A stretch of DNA of 64,000 nucleotides from Rickettsiales bacterium (GCA_044356525.1 JBIKVZ010000005.1:1130-65129); one strand, 5' to 3'; shown: positions 9,581-19,955, counted from the first letter of the stretch. Program-made: numbers and translations. The notes: generated by a model not told the origin, from the letters alone.

Positions 9581-12502
9581 CTATCCGTCTGATTTAGGCT
9601 TCTTTGGCGTAGATTCACCGGTCAATTTTACCTGTTCTTCCAGTGCCCGTCTTAGCTCTTCCTCTTCTTCTTCCTGCTTTTTCCTACGGCGACGCTCTTC
9701 CTCAGCATCCTCACGTGCTTTTCTTTCTTGCTCACGTTGTGCTTCATCTTTTCTTGATTGCTCAGGATCCACATAGCTTTCAGGCACAGGAGGAGCCTCA
9801 TCCTTTTTAGCTGGTTTTTTATCATCGTCTTTTGATTTTCCACTACCATCGCCAAAAAGCCAGCTACTCGTTTCTTTTTCGCTGCCTGTCGTTACGGCTC
9901 GAATTGCGCCCAATTCTTTATCTGAATCCTCCTGCGCTTTCTTTATGAATTTTTCTATTTCTTTTTGTGTTGCACCTGCATCGGTAAGCTCTTTTTTGTG
10001 AGCCTTGGTTTGTTCTTTTTTCAGCTGATGCTCTTGCTTTGCAACCTCTACCACACGGCGGTCAGCATCAAACACATTGCGCTCGATGTCATGTTCTTGT
10101 TTCGCCTGTTCTTTGTTTTCTTCTCGGCTTTCTTCATCGCGAGCTTCTAAAATAACTGCGCTGAGGCGCTCTTGAGTCATTCCTGACTCAAGCACACCAT
10201 CTCTATCTGCAACCTCAATTAGCGCATCAAGCTCTTTATCAAATTCTTTTGTGATTTCTTTTTTCTTAATTTCTTGTTGAGATACTATCTCTTTCATGCC
10301 CTCTGCTGTTATTTTTGAGTGAGCTGACCTCAGGTTTTCTTCTTCTGATTTTGAGGCTGTCTCAAATCGTGAGCGCTCTACTTTCAACTCTGCGTTTAGT
10401 TTTTGTAACTCCTCAGATTCTTTTTTAGCGAGCTCGGTTTTACTTAAAGTAGAAACCTTGCGACGATCTTGCTGTTGTTTGGAAAGTTGCTCACGCTGTT
10501 TCTTTTCCTTTGAGACCAGCTCCTCCAGTTTTTTATCTTGGGCGTCACGCAATTCGCCAACACCCTTGCGTAATACGCCTTCCCTGAGCTTGGAGTATTT
10601 CTCTATTTCCTTATTTGCTTCACCCGATAGTTTTAGGATTTTATCCTGCTGTTTCGTCAGCAAGTTGGTAATAGCCGCGCGCTGCATCGAGGAGCCCTTC
10701 AATACCGATTTTAGCGCAATCTCAGTCTGCTTCTCCATATGCGCTTGTGATTTCTTTATCCCCGCACCTGCAGCAAGCGCCTTTCTGGCTTGTGTATCTT
10801 TGCGTAGCGTATCAAATGTTGCATCGACCTTCTTCTGCAGGGCTGACATTTCGTCTTTTTGCTTCCCTGCTATTTTAGCTAAATTCGCCTCGCGTGGAGT
10901 TGCAGGAGAAACAAATATTGGGCTTCGCATTTGATTCAATTTTTGTGCTGTATCTTTATCAACACCAAAGATATCCGCTGCGGCGGTACCCAGCGTTGAT
11001 TTAACCCCCTGACCTGCTTTTGCTGCCATATTGCCGGTAGCACCATACAGCACATTGCCAGCTATACTGAATGGAGACGTAGCAATTTTAGCCGCAACCT
11101 CAAGAGGGTTTCCTCTTATTGCGTTACGCATTATTTTAAGATTGTTCACATTCCATATGCCGCCTGTGGCACCACTGTTTCCGGAAAGACGGCTCAAAAT
11201 TCCGCCTTGCCCACCTTTACCAAACATGGCCCCGCTGACGCCACCCAGCGCAACACCGGCAACACCTGAAGCAGCTGCTTTCGCTGTTGCCAGGCCAATT
11301 AAAGTACCTGCACCTTTGGAGGTCACCACGGCCAAGTCAGCTCCCAACCTGTCTGCCCATGAGAACATATAGCGCATAATCCAGGCAATCATGATAAGGA
11401 CTACAAAAACAGCAAAGCTAAACGGCACTTGCGCATTAGGCCCTTCGATGCTGACAGCGTCCGTACCAAACTGCCACCAATTAAGCTGAATAATATCGCC
11501 GGGCATCGGCCAAAACTGTTTGTAACAAATGTTTGTTGGAGTGATTAGCCGCATCATATAGTCGTCATACATTGACTTCAGGAAACCCAAAACGGCAAAT
11601 ATCATAATCGGCTTAAGAGTGAAGCTGGTTATTTGCTTTAGCCAACCGCTAAACATATCCCTTGTTTGGTTGAACAATAAAAAAACAAGGAACAATGGTG
11701 CCAGCGCGTATAACAGATTACGACCCACTAACGAAATCAATACAATGTACACAGCTGTAAACAGTCCCCACATATAGCTAATAACAAGAACAATCATCAG
11801 CAAGCCATATAACCAGCCATTGCCGCCTGTCCCTGCTAGTGCGAGAATAATCTTAAGCGTGTTGTAGGATACAATATCGCCGATAATTTGATCCATAAAC
11901 TGCATGCCAGTAAGCCCACTAGACAACGCTCCGGCCAAACCCGCACTCAGCGAATTAACTGCACCCTCGAAAAAATCGCGTACATACGTACTAAAGTTTC
12001 CCCAATTCGTTGCCAAAAAGAATACCGCGCCAATCCTCATAAGGTTGGCCACTACGTCATATGGTGTAAAGCGCACAATACCCAACAAAAGCGTACTACT
12101 GTAAATTGCGATAGTAAGGGTTGCTGCCGCTGCAAGTGTTGGTCCATACCAAGGCTTTGTAGCAATACGTGTAAAAATTTCCCGGCTTGTGCGAGTAAGC
12201 TTACAATCCATGTATGCATGGATATAGGAAATCAGGCCCAAAGTTTGGGGTGTATCACCCGGATTGCACGCGAACCCTTTTTCAAGTTTGTAGGGGCTCG
12301 TCATGCCCAGAGGTTTGCAAACACTGGTGGCTTGCTTATCAACATCCCCACCGCTATTACCCTCTGCATCACCATCCGACATAGTCGTCTCAGGAAACGG
12401 GCACGCCGTTAATAACAAACAAATAAACAGCGCACAAAAAACCTTACCCACCTTAAAGGTAGTCCAGTGTTTTCTTGTATATATCTTACTGTTTTTCATC
12501 AT
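9581..12502 (-). CDS. VirB6/TrbL-like T4SS channel protein, paralog 4, with long charged C-terminal extension
   Basis: The polytopic core carries the paralog-conserved segment LYALAPLFLVFLLFNQTRDMFSGWLKQITSF. The N-terminus has the lipobox LLTAC. The C-terminal ~540 aa are K/E/Q-rich and predicted coiled coil. Its start overlaps the stop of paralog 3. Confidence 0.8.
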   Translation of the reverse strand: MMKNSKIYTRKHWTTFKVGKVFCALFICLLLTACPFPETTMSDGDAEGNSGGDVDKQATSVCKPLGMTSPYKLEKGFACNPGDTPQTLGLISYIHAYMDCKLTRTSREIFTRIATKPWYGPTLAAAATLTIAIYSSTLLLGIVRFTPYDVVANLMRIGAVFFLATNWGNFSTYVRDFFEGAVNSLSAGLAGALSSGLTGMQFMDQIIGDIVSYNTLKIILALAGTGGNGWLYGLLMIVLVISYMWGLFTAVYIVLISLVGRNLLYALAPLFLVFLLFNQTRDMFSGWLKQITSFTLKPIMIFAVLGFLKSMYDDYMMRLITPTNICYKQFWPMPGDIIQLNWWQFGTDAVSIEGPNAQVPFSFAVFVVLIMIAWIMRYMFSWADRLGADLAVVTSKGAGTLIGLATAKAAASGVAGVALGGVSGAMFGKGGQGGILSRLSGNSGATGGIWNVNNLKIMRNAIRGNPLEVAAKIATSPFSIAGNVLYGATGNMAAKAGQGVKSTLGTAAADIFGVDKDTAQKLNQMRSPIFVSPATPREANLAKIAGKQKDEMSALQKKVDATFDTLRKDTQARKALAAGAGIKKSQAHMEKQTEIALKSVLKGSSMQRAAITNLLTKQQDKILKLSGEANKEIEKYSKLREGVLRKGVGELRDAQDKKLEELVSKEKKQREQLSKQQQDRRKVSTLSKTELAKKESEELQKLNAELKVERSRFETASKSEEENLRSAHSKITAEGMKEIVSQQEIKKKEITKEFDKELDALIEVADRDGVLESGMTQERLSAVILEARDEESREENKEQAKQEHDIERNVFDADRRVVEVAKQEHQLKKEQTKAHKKELTDAGATQKEIEKFIKKAQEDSDKELGAIRAVTTGSEKETSSWLFGDGSGKSKDDDKKPAKKDEAPPVPESYVDPEQSRKDEAQREQERKAREDAEEERRRRKKQEEEEEELRRALEEQVKLTGESTPKKPKSDG

Positions 12503-13971
12503 TTTGGTTTATGAGCATCTAATGATTTACCAATACTTCCACGCAGTGAGCCTGCGCCACCCTTACCGAAGCCGGTGGCGGCACCGCCAAGTGCGCCGAC
12601 CACATCGCCTTTCGCAAGATTCCCAAGCCCTTGTCGGCCACTCGTTCCAAAAGCAGCACCCAGCGCACCGCCGCCTGCTTTCGCAAGCCCTTCTAAGGCG
12701 GCTGATTTAACTTGAACACCCGCACTAGCAAGGTTGGTGCCCATTTGTTGAATAAATCCAACAAACATAAACATAAACATACAGAAAAATGTACCGATAC
12801 CCCCAACCAGAACGTCTGTTAACGAATCAATCGAGGGAGATGGAACTGTTTTTACCCATGGCAGACCGGTGTTAGCGTCTACAAATTGGAATCGGTAGAA
12901 CGAGTACCAACTATCACTACCTACAATCTGAGAAGGCGCAGGAATAGAAATCCAGGCCATATAGCATAAATTTGGTGCCAGTGAGCGTGCCATGAAGTCC
13001 ACGATACCAAACAATAGCTCGTGCATAATAGAAACAAATGCAACCAGCAACACCGCCTGAATAATAAAGTTTATAATCTGCCCCAACCAGTTGTCGAAAA
13101 ATTGCCGTGTCTGCCTAAAGATAAGCGACAAAAGAAAAACCGGTGCCAATGCGTAAAGGAAATATCGCATAATCATAGCTAGAATAAGGTAATACAGTAC
13201 CTTCAGAACAGCAGCGACATAGAAAAAGAACATCGTGATAATCATGAAAAAGAATCCGAAGCCCACCAACCCATTAAGGGCAATTGCAAGCAGAAATTCA
13301 AAAAACTCCATGGATAAAAACATATTGATAAAGCGGTCCATCGAACCCGTTACTGAAAGCTCAGCTTGTGCCGCCGTTACAGTGCCAAAGGTCGATAGAT
13401 TACTAATAAATATTGCAGAAAGGTCGCTTACGATCGTTTCACCGAAGTCGCGCGTCCACATGGTAATGGTTGCGTAGTCTGAAACTAGGAAATACACGAT
13501 GATAACCTTGATCAGCACCGTTAACATATCGGCGATATGTGGCGAAGCACCTCCGGTAAGCACAAGGAAGAAGTAAATAGCGGTGAGCAATGTTAGAAGT
13601 GCAACGACCGTTCTTTTATACTCAGGGTCGTTCACGATGGCGGTCACAATTGCCTGGGTGCTAGCCTGAAGCCTGTCTCTTACCACTTTTAATACATACG
13701 TTACGGGACCAACGGCAGCACCGCCGGAAGGAGGGGGAGAAGATACCTTCAGGCTACCTGCGCTTGGCGGCACAATAAATATTTGATCTGTGCGTATGCA
13801 TACGCGACAATCCCTTCCGTCAGGGCAATTGCCTTTGGTTACCATGGTAGTGCCACCACCACCATCGTGCCTCTCTTTAATTTTGTCGGGAGGGGTTGTG
13901 CAAGCAGACAGCAAAAAAAATACACATAAAAGCGTGAATATAGGAAAGATTTTCTTCGGCAGTTTCACCAT
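12499..13971 (-). CDS. VirB6/TrbL-like T4SS protein, paralog 3
   Basis: Multi-TM core with LYALAPVFLLSLIFRQTRQFFDNWLGQIINF. N-terminal lipobox LLSAC. Gly-rich C-terminal tail. Confidence 0.8.
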   Translation of the reverse strand: MVKLPKKIFPIFTLLCVFFLLSACTTPPDKIKERHDGGGGTTMVTKGNCPDGRDCRVCIRTDQIFIVPPSAGSLKVSSPPPSGGAAVGPVTYVLKVVRDRLQASTQAIVTAIVNDPEYKRTVVALLTLLTAIYFFLVLTGGASPHIADMLTVLIKVIIVYFLVSDYATITMWTRDFGETIVSDLSAIFISNLSTFGTVTAAQAELSVTGSMDRFINMFLSMEFFEFLLAIALNGLVGFGFFFMIITMFFFYVAAVLKVLYYLILAMIMRYFLYALAPVFLLSLIFRQTRQFFDNWLGQIINFIIQAVLLVAFVSIMHELLFGIVDFMARSLAPNLCYMAWISIPAPSQIVGSDSWYSFYRFQFVDANTGLPWVKTVPSPSIDSLTDVLVGGIGTFFCMFMFMFVGFIQQMGTNLASAGVQVKSAALEGLAKAGGGALGAAFGTSGRQGLGNLAKGDVVGALGGAATGFGKGGAGSLRGSIGKSLDAHKPK

Positions 13972-13972
13972 A

Positions 13973-15550
13973 TCAACCGCCCTTACCTATTGCCCCACGG
14001 ATACTACCCATCCCACCGCTAATCGCCCCCATGCCTCCGGCAGCACCTTGCTTAATCATATCGCTGACACCAGAAACGGCATCCTTACCGTTAATCTGAA
14101 TCGCATTAGCAAGGTTTGGAATGGTGCTATCACCCGCACCGGCAAGCTCTGTGACCATGTTGGGAAGCTGTTTTTGAAAAGTAAACATAACCAGCATCGT
14201 GACTGTTCCAAGCATCATCGTGATGGCAAATTCTTTGACACGTGCCCACCCCCAATCCAAGAACGGCAGTGAAATATATTCTCTAATGAGACCCTTTCCC
14301 TCTTCTACAACCGCACCAACAGTATTGTCGTACACCCAATCTGCACCATCGCTTGCCCAATCTATAAGCACCCAACCTGTTCTTTCACTATCGCCCGTAT
14401 CCTGGGGCCTCACTTGCCTTGCAGCCAAGTCAACGCCTGTAATGGTTTGACGTTTTGATGGGTCGTTCATCGTGTGGTATGCATCAAGGTACAGTGCATC
14501 AAGGTCATACAAAACACTGAACATAATGTTAATAATAAATACAAAGAATACCGTTAAGATCATAGGCTGCATCGAGTAGCTGATGACCTGGTTAAGCCAC
14601 GCCCTAAAAATAGGCATTCCCCATGACTTAAACAGTATTAACGGGATAATCATCGGGCCAATTGCGGTAAGGAACAAAATGGCCACAAGTGATGCAATAT
14701 ACATGTAGACAGCCATTGCGAGAGAAAAGAATGTCATCAAAATTGCAGCGAGGCCGATCATCACCACCCACGTTCCTATGGGCCCCAGCATGATCAATAA
14801 CGCCAAAACAATTAACCCAAAAGCACCATTGATTAGTATTTTTTCCGTTGCTTTACCGGGAGAGTCTGTGCCGCTAACACCCACTAAAGTTCGAAGCATC
14901 TCATCCACGAAAAGCCATATCCTGCCGCCTGGAATATTGCTAGGGTTTGAATTAAGATTTTGTGCTGGTGCAAGAGGATCTTGCTCGTTAATTCCGCCAT
15001 CACCTGTGCCAGACAAAAAACTTTGGTCTCTGGCTGACGCAACTTCAAATGGCATCACCTCGATAGCCGTATCCGTGATAATCGAAGTTACTGAGGTTAT
15101 GTCATTCTTGATTTGTAAAAAATTTGTGCCAAGCGCAAAATAGCTTACTGCGGCCATTTTTAGGGCAAAAATGGTCAGCTCTTTAGTGAGATCCCTAGTT
15201 AAACTGCCAAACATGATACGAAGAGCGATAATAACAATACCCATTACCATCATGGATGCGACAACATCGCGGATGCCATTGACGACAGGCCCCACCATTG
15301 AGGTACCAAGAACCTCCACCACGCGGGTAAAGCAGAAAACAACTGGCTCGGTGATACCGGGAGGCGAAGCGCTAATAGCAGTTTGAACACGCGGCTTACA
15401 CTCGTTTGTCAGAACGTTTCCAACCGGGGTACTTGCAAACACCGATTCAGGCAATACGATGGCAAACAGTGAAAATATGGCGAAAAACAGAAAAATTTTT
15501 TCCCTACATTTCATGCCTAAGAACATGTTTTTTGTACACTGTCTTTGCAT
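13973..15550 (-). CDS. VirB6/TrbL-like T4SS protein, paralog 2
   Basis: Signal peptide, multi-TM core with IGPMIIPLILFKSWGMPIFRAWLNQVISY, and a Gly-rich C-terminal tail. Confidence 0.78.
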   Translation of the reverse strand: MQRQCTKNMFLGMKCREKIFLFFAIFSLFAIVLPESVFASTPVGNVLTNECKPRVQTAISASPPGITEPVVFCFTRVVEVLGTSMVGPVVNGIRDVVASMMVMGIVIIALRIMFGSLTRDLTKELTIFALKMAAVSYFALGTNFLQIKNDITSVTSIITDTAIEVMPFEVASARDQSFLSGTGDGGINEQDPLAPAQNLNSNPSNIPGGRIWLFVDEMLRTLVGVSGTDSPGKATEKILINGAFGLIVLALLIMLGPIGTWVVMIGLAAILMTFFSLAMAVYMYIASLVAILFLTAIGPMIIPLILFKSWGMPIFRAWLNQVISYSMQPMILTVFFVFIINIMFSVLYDLDALYLDAYHTMNDPSKRQTITGVDLAARQVRPQDTGDSERTGWVLIDWASDGADWVYDNTVGAVVEEGKGLIREYISLPFLDWGWARVKEFAITMMLGTVTMLVMFTFQKQLPNMVTELAGAGDSTIPNLANAIQINGKDAVSGVSDMIKQGAAGGMGAISGGMGSIRGAIGKGG

Positions 15551-15553
15551 TGT

Positions 15554-17053
15554 TTACATCTTGCCCGCTTGTTGCATCGCACCGGAAACACTATTCTTCA
15601 TACTTAAGTCTGCACCGCCAGAAACCGCTGCTGCTGTTGCATCTTTTGTTAAATTCTTTGCAGCATTCACAGCGGCTGCATAATAATTGATGTTACTCAT
15701 GAAGGTCGCGGAGACACCAGCACCAACCATTTCGCCAGCCCTTGACATCACGTTATTCATGAAGCTTAGGGTTAACACCATCATAATCGCCAAAACCATC
15801 AGGTTGATTAGAAGATGCTGCGTTCTGCACGAAATATATTTCGCTCGATCACCCGCCAATGTGGAGCAAATATTCACATCCGCAGCGTTATACTCATGGC
15901 TGGTCACCACAAAAGACCACCCCTCCACCTCAGAATTTTTACCTTGTGCAGGGTCTGCAACAATGGTAGTGACATCGCGGTTTTCAACGCGAGACTGCCC
16001 CTCGACCACTGTTTTATGTGATTTATAGTTAGTGTTATTGATTGTGTTTACAATGTCTGTGGCAATGCTTCGTAAACCCATGATGTTATTGGGCCCTGCC
16101 CCCGGAGGATCAATCACATAGCTATATATTTGTAGGCAGAAGGCAAGGTAGCCAAATAAAATCATTGGCATGAGCGTATAGCCAATCAACGCTTTAAACC
16201 AAACATCGAAAATGGTCTTTGTGCTGTTGAAAAGTACGGTCGGTATTGTAATCGGAGAAATCATCATGAGGACTGTAAGCGCAATGATGCACATGACATA
16301 TGCCATGCATGCCGTGGCAAATGCCGCCACCATAAAGAAAACCATAATGCCAACCATCACCATGACTGCCAGTCCCGGAGGCGTCCAAATAAGTTGGCCT
16401 GCGATAGAAAGAAGCGCCCATGGATTATTACTCCCCCCCACAACATCCCCGAGCATTGCATGCATCAAGTTGCAGTCTATTCTTACCCATATTCGGTCAT
16501 ACCCGCATGCGGGATTACCAGGCACTGTAGAAGTAATTACATCCGTCAGGCCCTTCATAAAGGTATAAAAGCCTGGCATAAAATACTCTACACCACCGTA
16601 CAAAACCAAAAATGTAACGGCAGTGAATTTTACAACGACAATAGAGAATTCAGCCGCGTATGACTTATCGAACGCGTTAAATAAAGTTTTATAGCCCATA
16701 ATAACAAGGTAAAGCACCAAAACACCAACCACCGTGTCTTTTATTGTATTTCGAAAAGTGGTGAAGCCCGTCATGCCAAAATAAACAATCATATCTTCCA
16801 TGCACCCAACCAGCGGGTGGGTAAATTCTGCATACGCCGTTGGAGGATAGCCTGCGGAATAAGCACTGCCCGGTGGGCCGCCACTTGGGTTTGTTGGCAT
16901 GATCGTAGTGGCGCCGCTCAAATCTTTTATTGGAATAGAGGGCCTTGTAACGCAGTTTATCGCCCACGCTTCGCCATGCCACAACACAATACTGAAGAAC
17001 AACAGCAATGCGGCGACTAAACGCGTAGTACTATAGCTGGTTAACCCTCTCAT
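15554..17053 (-). CDS. VirB6/TrbL-like T4SS protein, paralog 1
   Basis: Signal peptide MRGLTSYSTTRLVAALLLFFSIVLWHGEAWA. Multi-TM core with ISPITIPTVLFNSTKTIFDVWFKALIGY. ATG 17053 is preferred over the tracked 17107, which sits deeper inside virB4. Confidence 0.78.
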   Translation of the reverse strand: MRGLTSYSTTRLVAALLLFFSIVLWHGEAWAINCVTRPSIPIKDLSGATTIMPTNPSGGPPGSAYSAGYPPTAYAEFTHPLVGCMEDMIVYFGMTGFTTFRNTIKDTVVGVLVLYLVIMGYKTLFNAFDKSYAAEFSIVVVKFTAVTFLVLYGGVEYFMPGFYTFMKGLTDVITSTVPGNPACGYDRIWVRIDCNLMHAMLGDVVGGSNNPWALLSIAGQLIWTPPGLAVMVMVGIMVFFMVAAFATACMAYVMCIIALTVLMMISPITIPTVLFNSTKTIFDVWFKALIGYTLMPMILFGYLAFCLQIYSYVIDPPGAGPNNIMGLRSIATDIVNTINNTNYKSHKTVVEGQSRVENRDVTTIVADPAQGKNSEVEGWSFVVTSHEYNAADVNICSTLAGDRAKYISCRTQHLLINLMVLAIMMVLTLSFMNNVMSRAGEMVGAGVSATFMSNINYYAAAVNAAKNLTKDATAAAVSGGADLSMKNSVSGAMQQAGKM

Positions 17054-19424
17054 AAAATATCGGTAGCCATGTATCAGGATTATCACCCACTTCTGCTCGA
17101 ATCTCATCGAGCAGCCTTACCGTTTCAGCACGTCCAGATAAAACGTGAATTGCATTTGTCATGCCAGAAAGGTCAATGCGCGCCACCACAACTTCTGAAC
17201 CTTGCTTTACAAGGAAGTATCGTGTGGAAGGCGGCGTTGTTTTAATAATCTGGAACTCACGATCACTCAGCATGAACGTCTTTTTATATTCTTCTGTTGC
17301 CTTAGGGTTTGGCAGGAATATCTGCGTTGCTGTTTGCTGAATGAGCGTATCACTGATGTTACTTTTTGATGCGTCTTCCACGCTCTGAGTTGCAAAAATT
17401 ACCATCGCGTTCAGCTTACGAAGCGTTTTTAGCCAATCTTTAATTTTCGGAGCAAAAATCGGGTTATCAATCAGCGCCCATGCTTCGTCGAGCACGATAA
17501 CGGTTGGGGTACCATCGAGTGATTGGCTGATGCGATGGAACAAATACAAAAGAACCGGACCAATACTCACTTTGTCTTTCAGAACTTCGCCCATTTCGAA
17601 GCCAAACACTTTTGACTTTGAGAAGTCCAAAGAATCCTCAGGATTATCGAATAGCTTGGCATGAGATTCACCACTGTGCCACATTTTAAAACGACCCGCG
17701 AGCGTGCCAGGCCCCTCTAAGCCGAGAAACGCCGCAATATTGCTCGGCGTGCGCTTCTCTTTCTGCATTTTGTAATTGCCCTTAATTGCCTCGCTAATCG
17801 CATCGATGTCTTCGGGAGTAACTTTGTCGACGTGACTCATCACCAGAGCTGTCATCCAATCCGTTAAGAACGAACGGTTTTCTGGCGTATCATCTAACTG
17901 CAACGGATTAAAGCCAGATTCCTTACCAGGCTCAATAATCGTAAAAACCCCACCAAGCGCGCGAATAAATATTTCAGCACCGCGGTCTTTATCAAAAAAG
18001 AACATGCGACCATTATATTTTTGAGCCTGTGCGCATAAAAAATTCATCAGCACCGTTTTACCAGCACCAGTCGGACCAATGATGGTGGTGTGACCCACGT
18101 CGCGAGAGTGGAAGTTAAAGAAATACGGCGTGCCCGAAGTCGTATCAAACACTGTCAGCGCATTACCCCAATGATTGCCTGTGCACTTCCCAACAGGATA
18201 ATTATGCAACGACGCAAAAGAGGCAAGGTTCAGCGAATGTATTTTCGCTTTTCGCGGCAAATAATCAAAATTACCCGGCAATTGACCCCAATAGGAAGCC
18301 ATAAGATTTACCGTTTCGCGAACGGGTATAACGCCGAAGTTTACAAGCTCCCCGTACACCATGGAGAGGTTGTCTTCCATTCTCTTGAGGTTTTCATCCA
18401 TACACATCACGGTCAGGTGATGATAACCAAAGGCGATGTGGCCACCCATCGCAAGGTCAAGCGCGCCGCTGATTTCAACAGCTTGTGATATACCCGCATC
18501 ATTACCGCTTACCATTTTACGCTGCTGCGTTTTCATATCGGCAATCGCCGCCGCACGATTCATAAACTGGAAGGACTGAGAAAGCACATACTCAAATGGC
18601 AATTGAAGAAATGAATCCATCATGCCGGCCGATGTATGCGATGGGTATTCCTTTAAGCTTACAATACCAGCATATTTATTGCCCGTAGGCCCCCTTATCT
18701 CCATTGCCCGTGGACCAAAATATAGTCGACAGGTTGGAAGATAATGGGAGATATCAATTGTAGGCACAATCATGTTCGAGACGTTACCGCCGTTAACAAG
18801 CATCCCCAAAAATTCTAAAACTTCAGACTGGTGTACACCGTCTTCACTTTCGATCATTCCCAGCAGTCTTGGTTTATAATCTCTCAGTGTAGCCATCACG
18901 CGCTTTGCTAAATCTGAGACTTCTTTATAAGAAGCTTTAATTTGCATTTCCCACGCTTCTTTGTCAGCCTTCTGCTGCAGAAGCTTCATAAAATGCTCAA
19001 TCTTCGCGACACCTTTTGTGTCAGACTTAATCATCACAGTCATGTAGAGGTCATTACTGAATGTCTCGCGAGCATGGTGTTTTTTGCGCCATAGGCTTTC
19101 AAGATACGTGGCAAAACCGGGCGGGTGATTACCATCAACGTGCACAGATATCTTCCGGCGAACAATATGAAACCACATTGCATAATTGCCCTGCGCCACG
19201 CTCTTCAGCAGCGTATTACGCAGGTTTTTAGCCATATCCACATATTCGTCATCTGCCGTTTCAAACGAGAAACCCTCAAGCTTGACAACCTGCATCAACT
19301 CATCATTTTTAGTCACAATCGTATTACTGTCCCAATGGCAGTAATAGGGAATGAACGCCGACTCCGAGAACTCTTTGTCAGCCACGGCAGAATAGCGCGA
19401 ACGCCTGCGGCTAAACTTTACCAT
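17031..19424 (-). CDS. virB4: Type IV secretion ATPase VirB4
   Basis: 797 aa. Walker A is IIGPTGAGKTVLMNF and Walker B-like is VIVLDEAWALI. The organisation is typical of VirB4/CagE and it follows virB3. Confidence 0.93.
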   Translation of the reverse strand: MVKFSRRRSRYSAVADKEFSESAFIPYYCHWDSNTIVTKNDELMQVVKLEGFSFETADDEYVDMAKNLRNTLLKSVAQGNYAMWFHIVRRKISVHVDGNHPPGFATYLESLWRKKHHARETFSNDLYMTVMIKSDTKGVAKIEHFMKLLQQKADKEAWEMQIKASYKEVSDLAKRVMATLRDYKPRLLGMIESEDGVHQSEVLEFLGMLVNGGNVSNMIVPTIDISHYLPTCRLYFGPRAMEIRGPTGNKYAGIVSLKEYPSHTSAGMMDSFLQLPFEYVLSQSFQFMNRAAAIADMKTQQRKMVSGNDAGISQAVEISGALDLAMGGHIAFGYHHLTVMCMDENLKRMEDNLSMVYGELVNFGVIPVRETVNLMASYWGQLPGNFDYLPRKAKIHSLNLASFASLHNYPVGKCTGNHWGNALTVFDTTSGTPYFFNFHSRDVGHTTIIGPTGAGKTVLMNFLCAQAQKYNGRMFFFDKDRGAEIFIRALGGVFTIIEPGKESGFNPLQLDDTPENRSFLTDWMTALVMSHVDKVTPEDIDAISEAIKGNYKMQKEKRTPSNIAAFLGLEGPGTLAGRFKMWHSGESHAKLFDNPEDSLDFSKSKVFGFEMGEVLKDKVSIGPVLLYLFHRISQSLDGTPTVIVLDEAWALIDNPIFAPKIKDWLKTLRKLNAMVIFATQSVEDASKSNISDTLIQQTATQIFLPNPKATEEYKKTFMLSDREFQIIKTTPPSTRYFLVKQGSEVVVARIDLSGMTNAIHVLSGRAETVRLLDEIRAEVGDNPDTWLPIFYERVNQL

Positions 19425-19438
19425 TCCAAGCCCCTTTC

Positions 19439-19753
19439 TTAGTACGTATCAAAAGACTGTGTAAAACCGTGAAAACCTGTGTTGCGGCACTTCGCACACT
19501 TCTGGATGCGCGTCATCCATAAATCCATAAAGCGCGGCTCCTTAGAGCAAATAATATAACCCAGAAGATGCGTAAGGGCGGCGCCCGGAATCAGCACGCC
19601 AAAGTTTTTCGCGTTAATAAAATACATGGTCCATATCATGCCGTTAATCATGAACCAGTTGTATGTTACGCCCATCATCATTGGGGGGCGGGTCAGACCC
19701 AAAAAGAGCGGGTCAGCTGAAAGCCTTCCAACATCCTTCTTATCATCGGCCAT
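19439..19753 (-). CDS. virB3: Type IV secretion protein VirB3
   Basis: 104 aa with LFLGLTRPPMMMGVTYNWFMINGMIW, the conserved VirB3 membrane segment. GAGGAG lies upstream of the ATG. Confidence 0.88.
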   Translation of the reverse strand: MADDKKDVGRLSADPLFLGLTRPPMMMGVTYNWFMINGMIWTMYFINAKNFGVLIPGAALTHLLGYIICSKEPRFMDLWMTRIQKCAKCRNTGFHGFTQSFDTY

Positions 19754-19955
19754 CGCACACTCCTCATTTAGGTAAAAAAGAACACTTTTTCAGTGTCTAC
19801 TATAGTACATGAGAAGGATTAAAAAAATATTAACAATTTGAGATAAATTCCGGCTAAATACCCGTATTGGCTACTAAATGTAGCGGATTAAGCACAACCG
19901 CTTGCTATATATACCATAAAAAAGCCTCACATCGACAATCCAAAATCTAGGCAAA

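Noticed and set aside
9965-11372. Plus-strand ORFs antisense to virB6 paralog 4 (9965..10150, 10458..10934, 11031..11372)
   Set aside because: They are antisense shadows of a low-complexity K/E-rich coding region, giving Ser/Phe/Leu-rich translations. They have no independent signals.
19754-19955. Promoter for the T4SS operon upstream of virB3
   Set aside because: The region is AT-rich, with a TATAGT hexamer and several TTG-containing candidates. No -35/-10 pair with proper spacing could be assigned confidently by eye.
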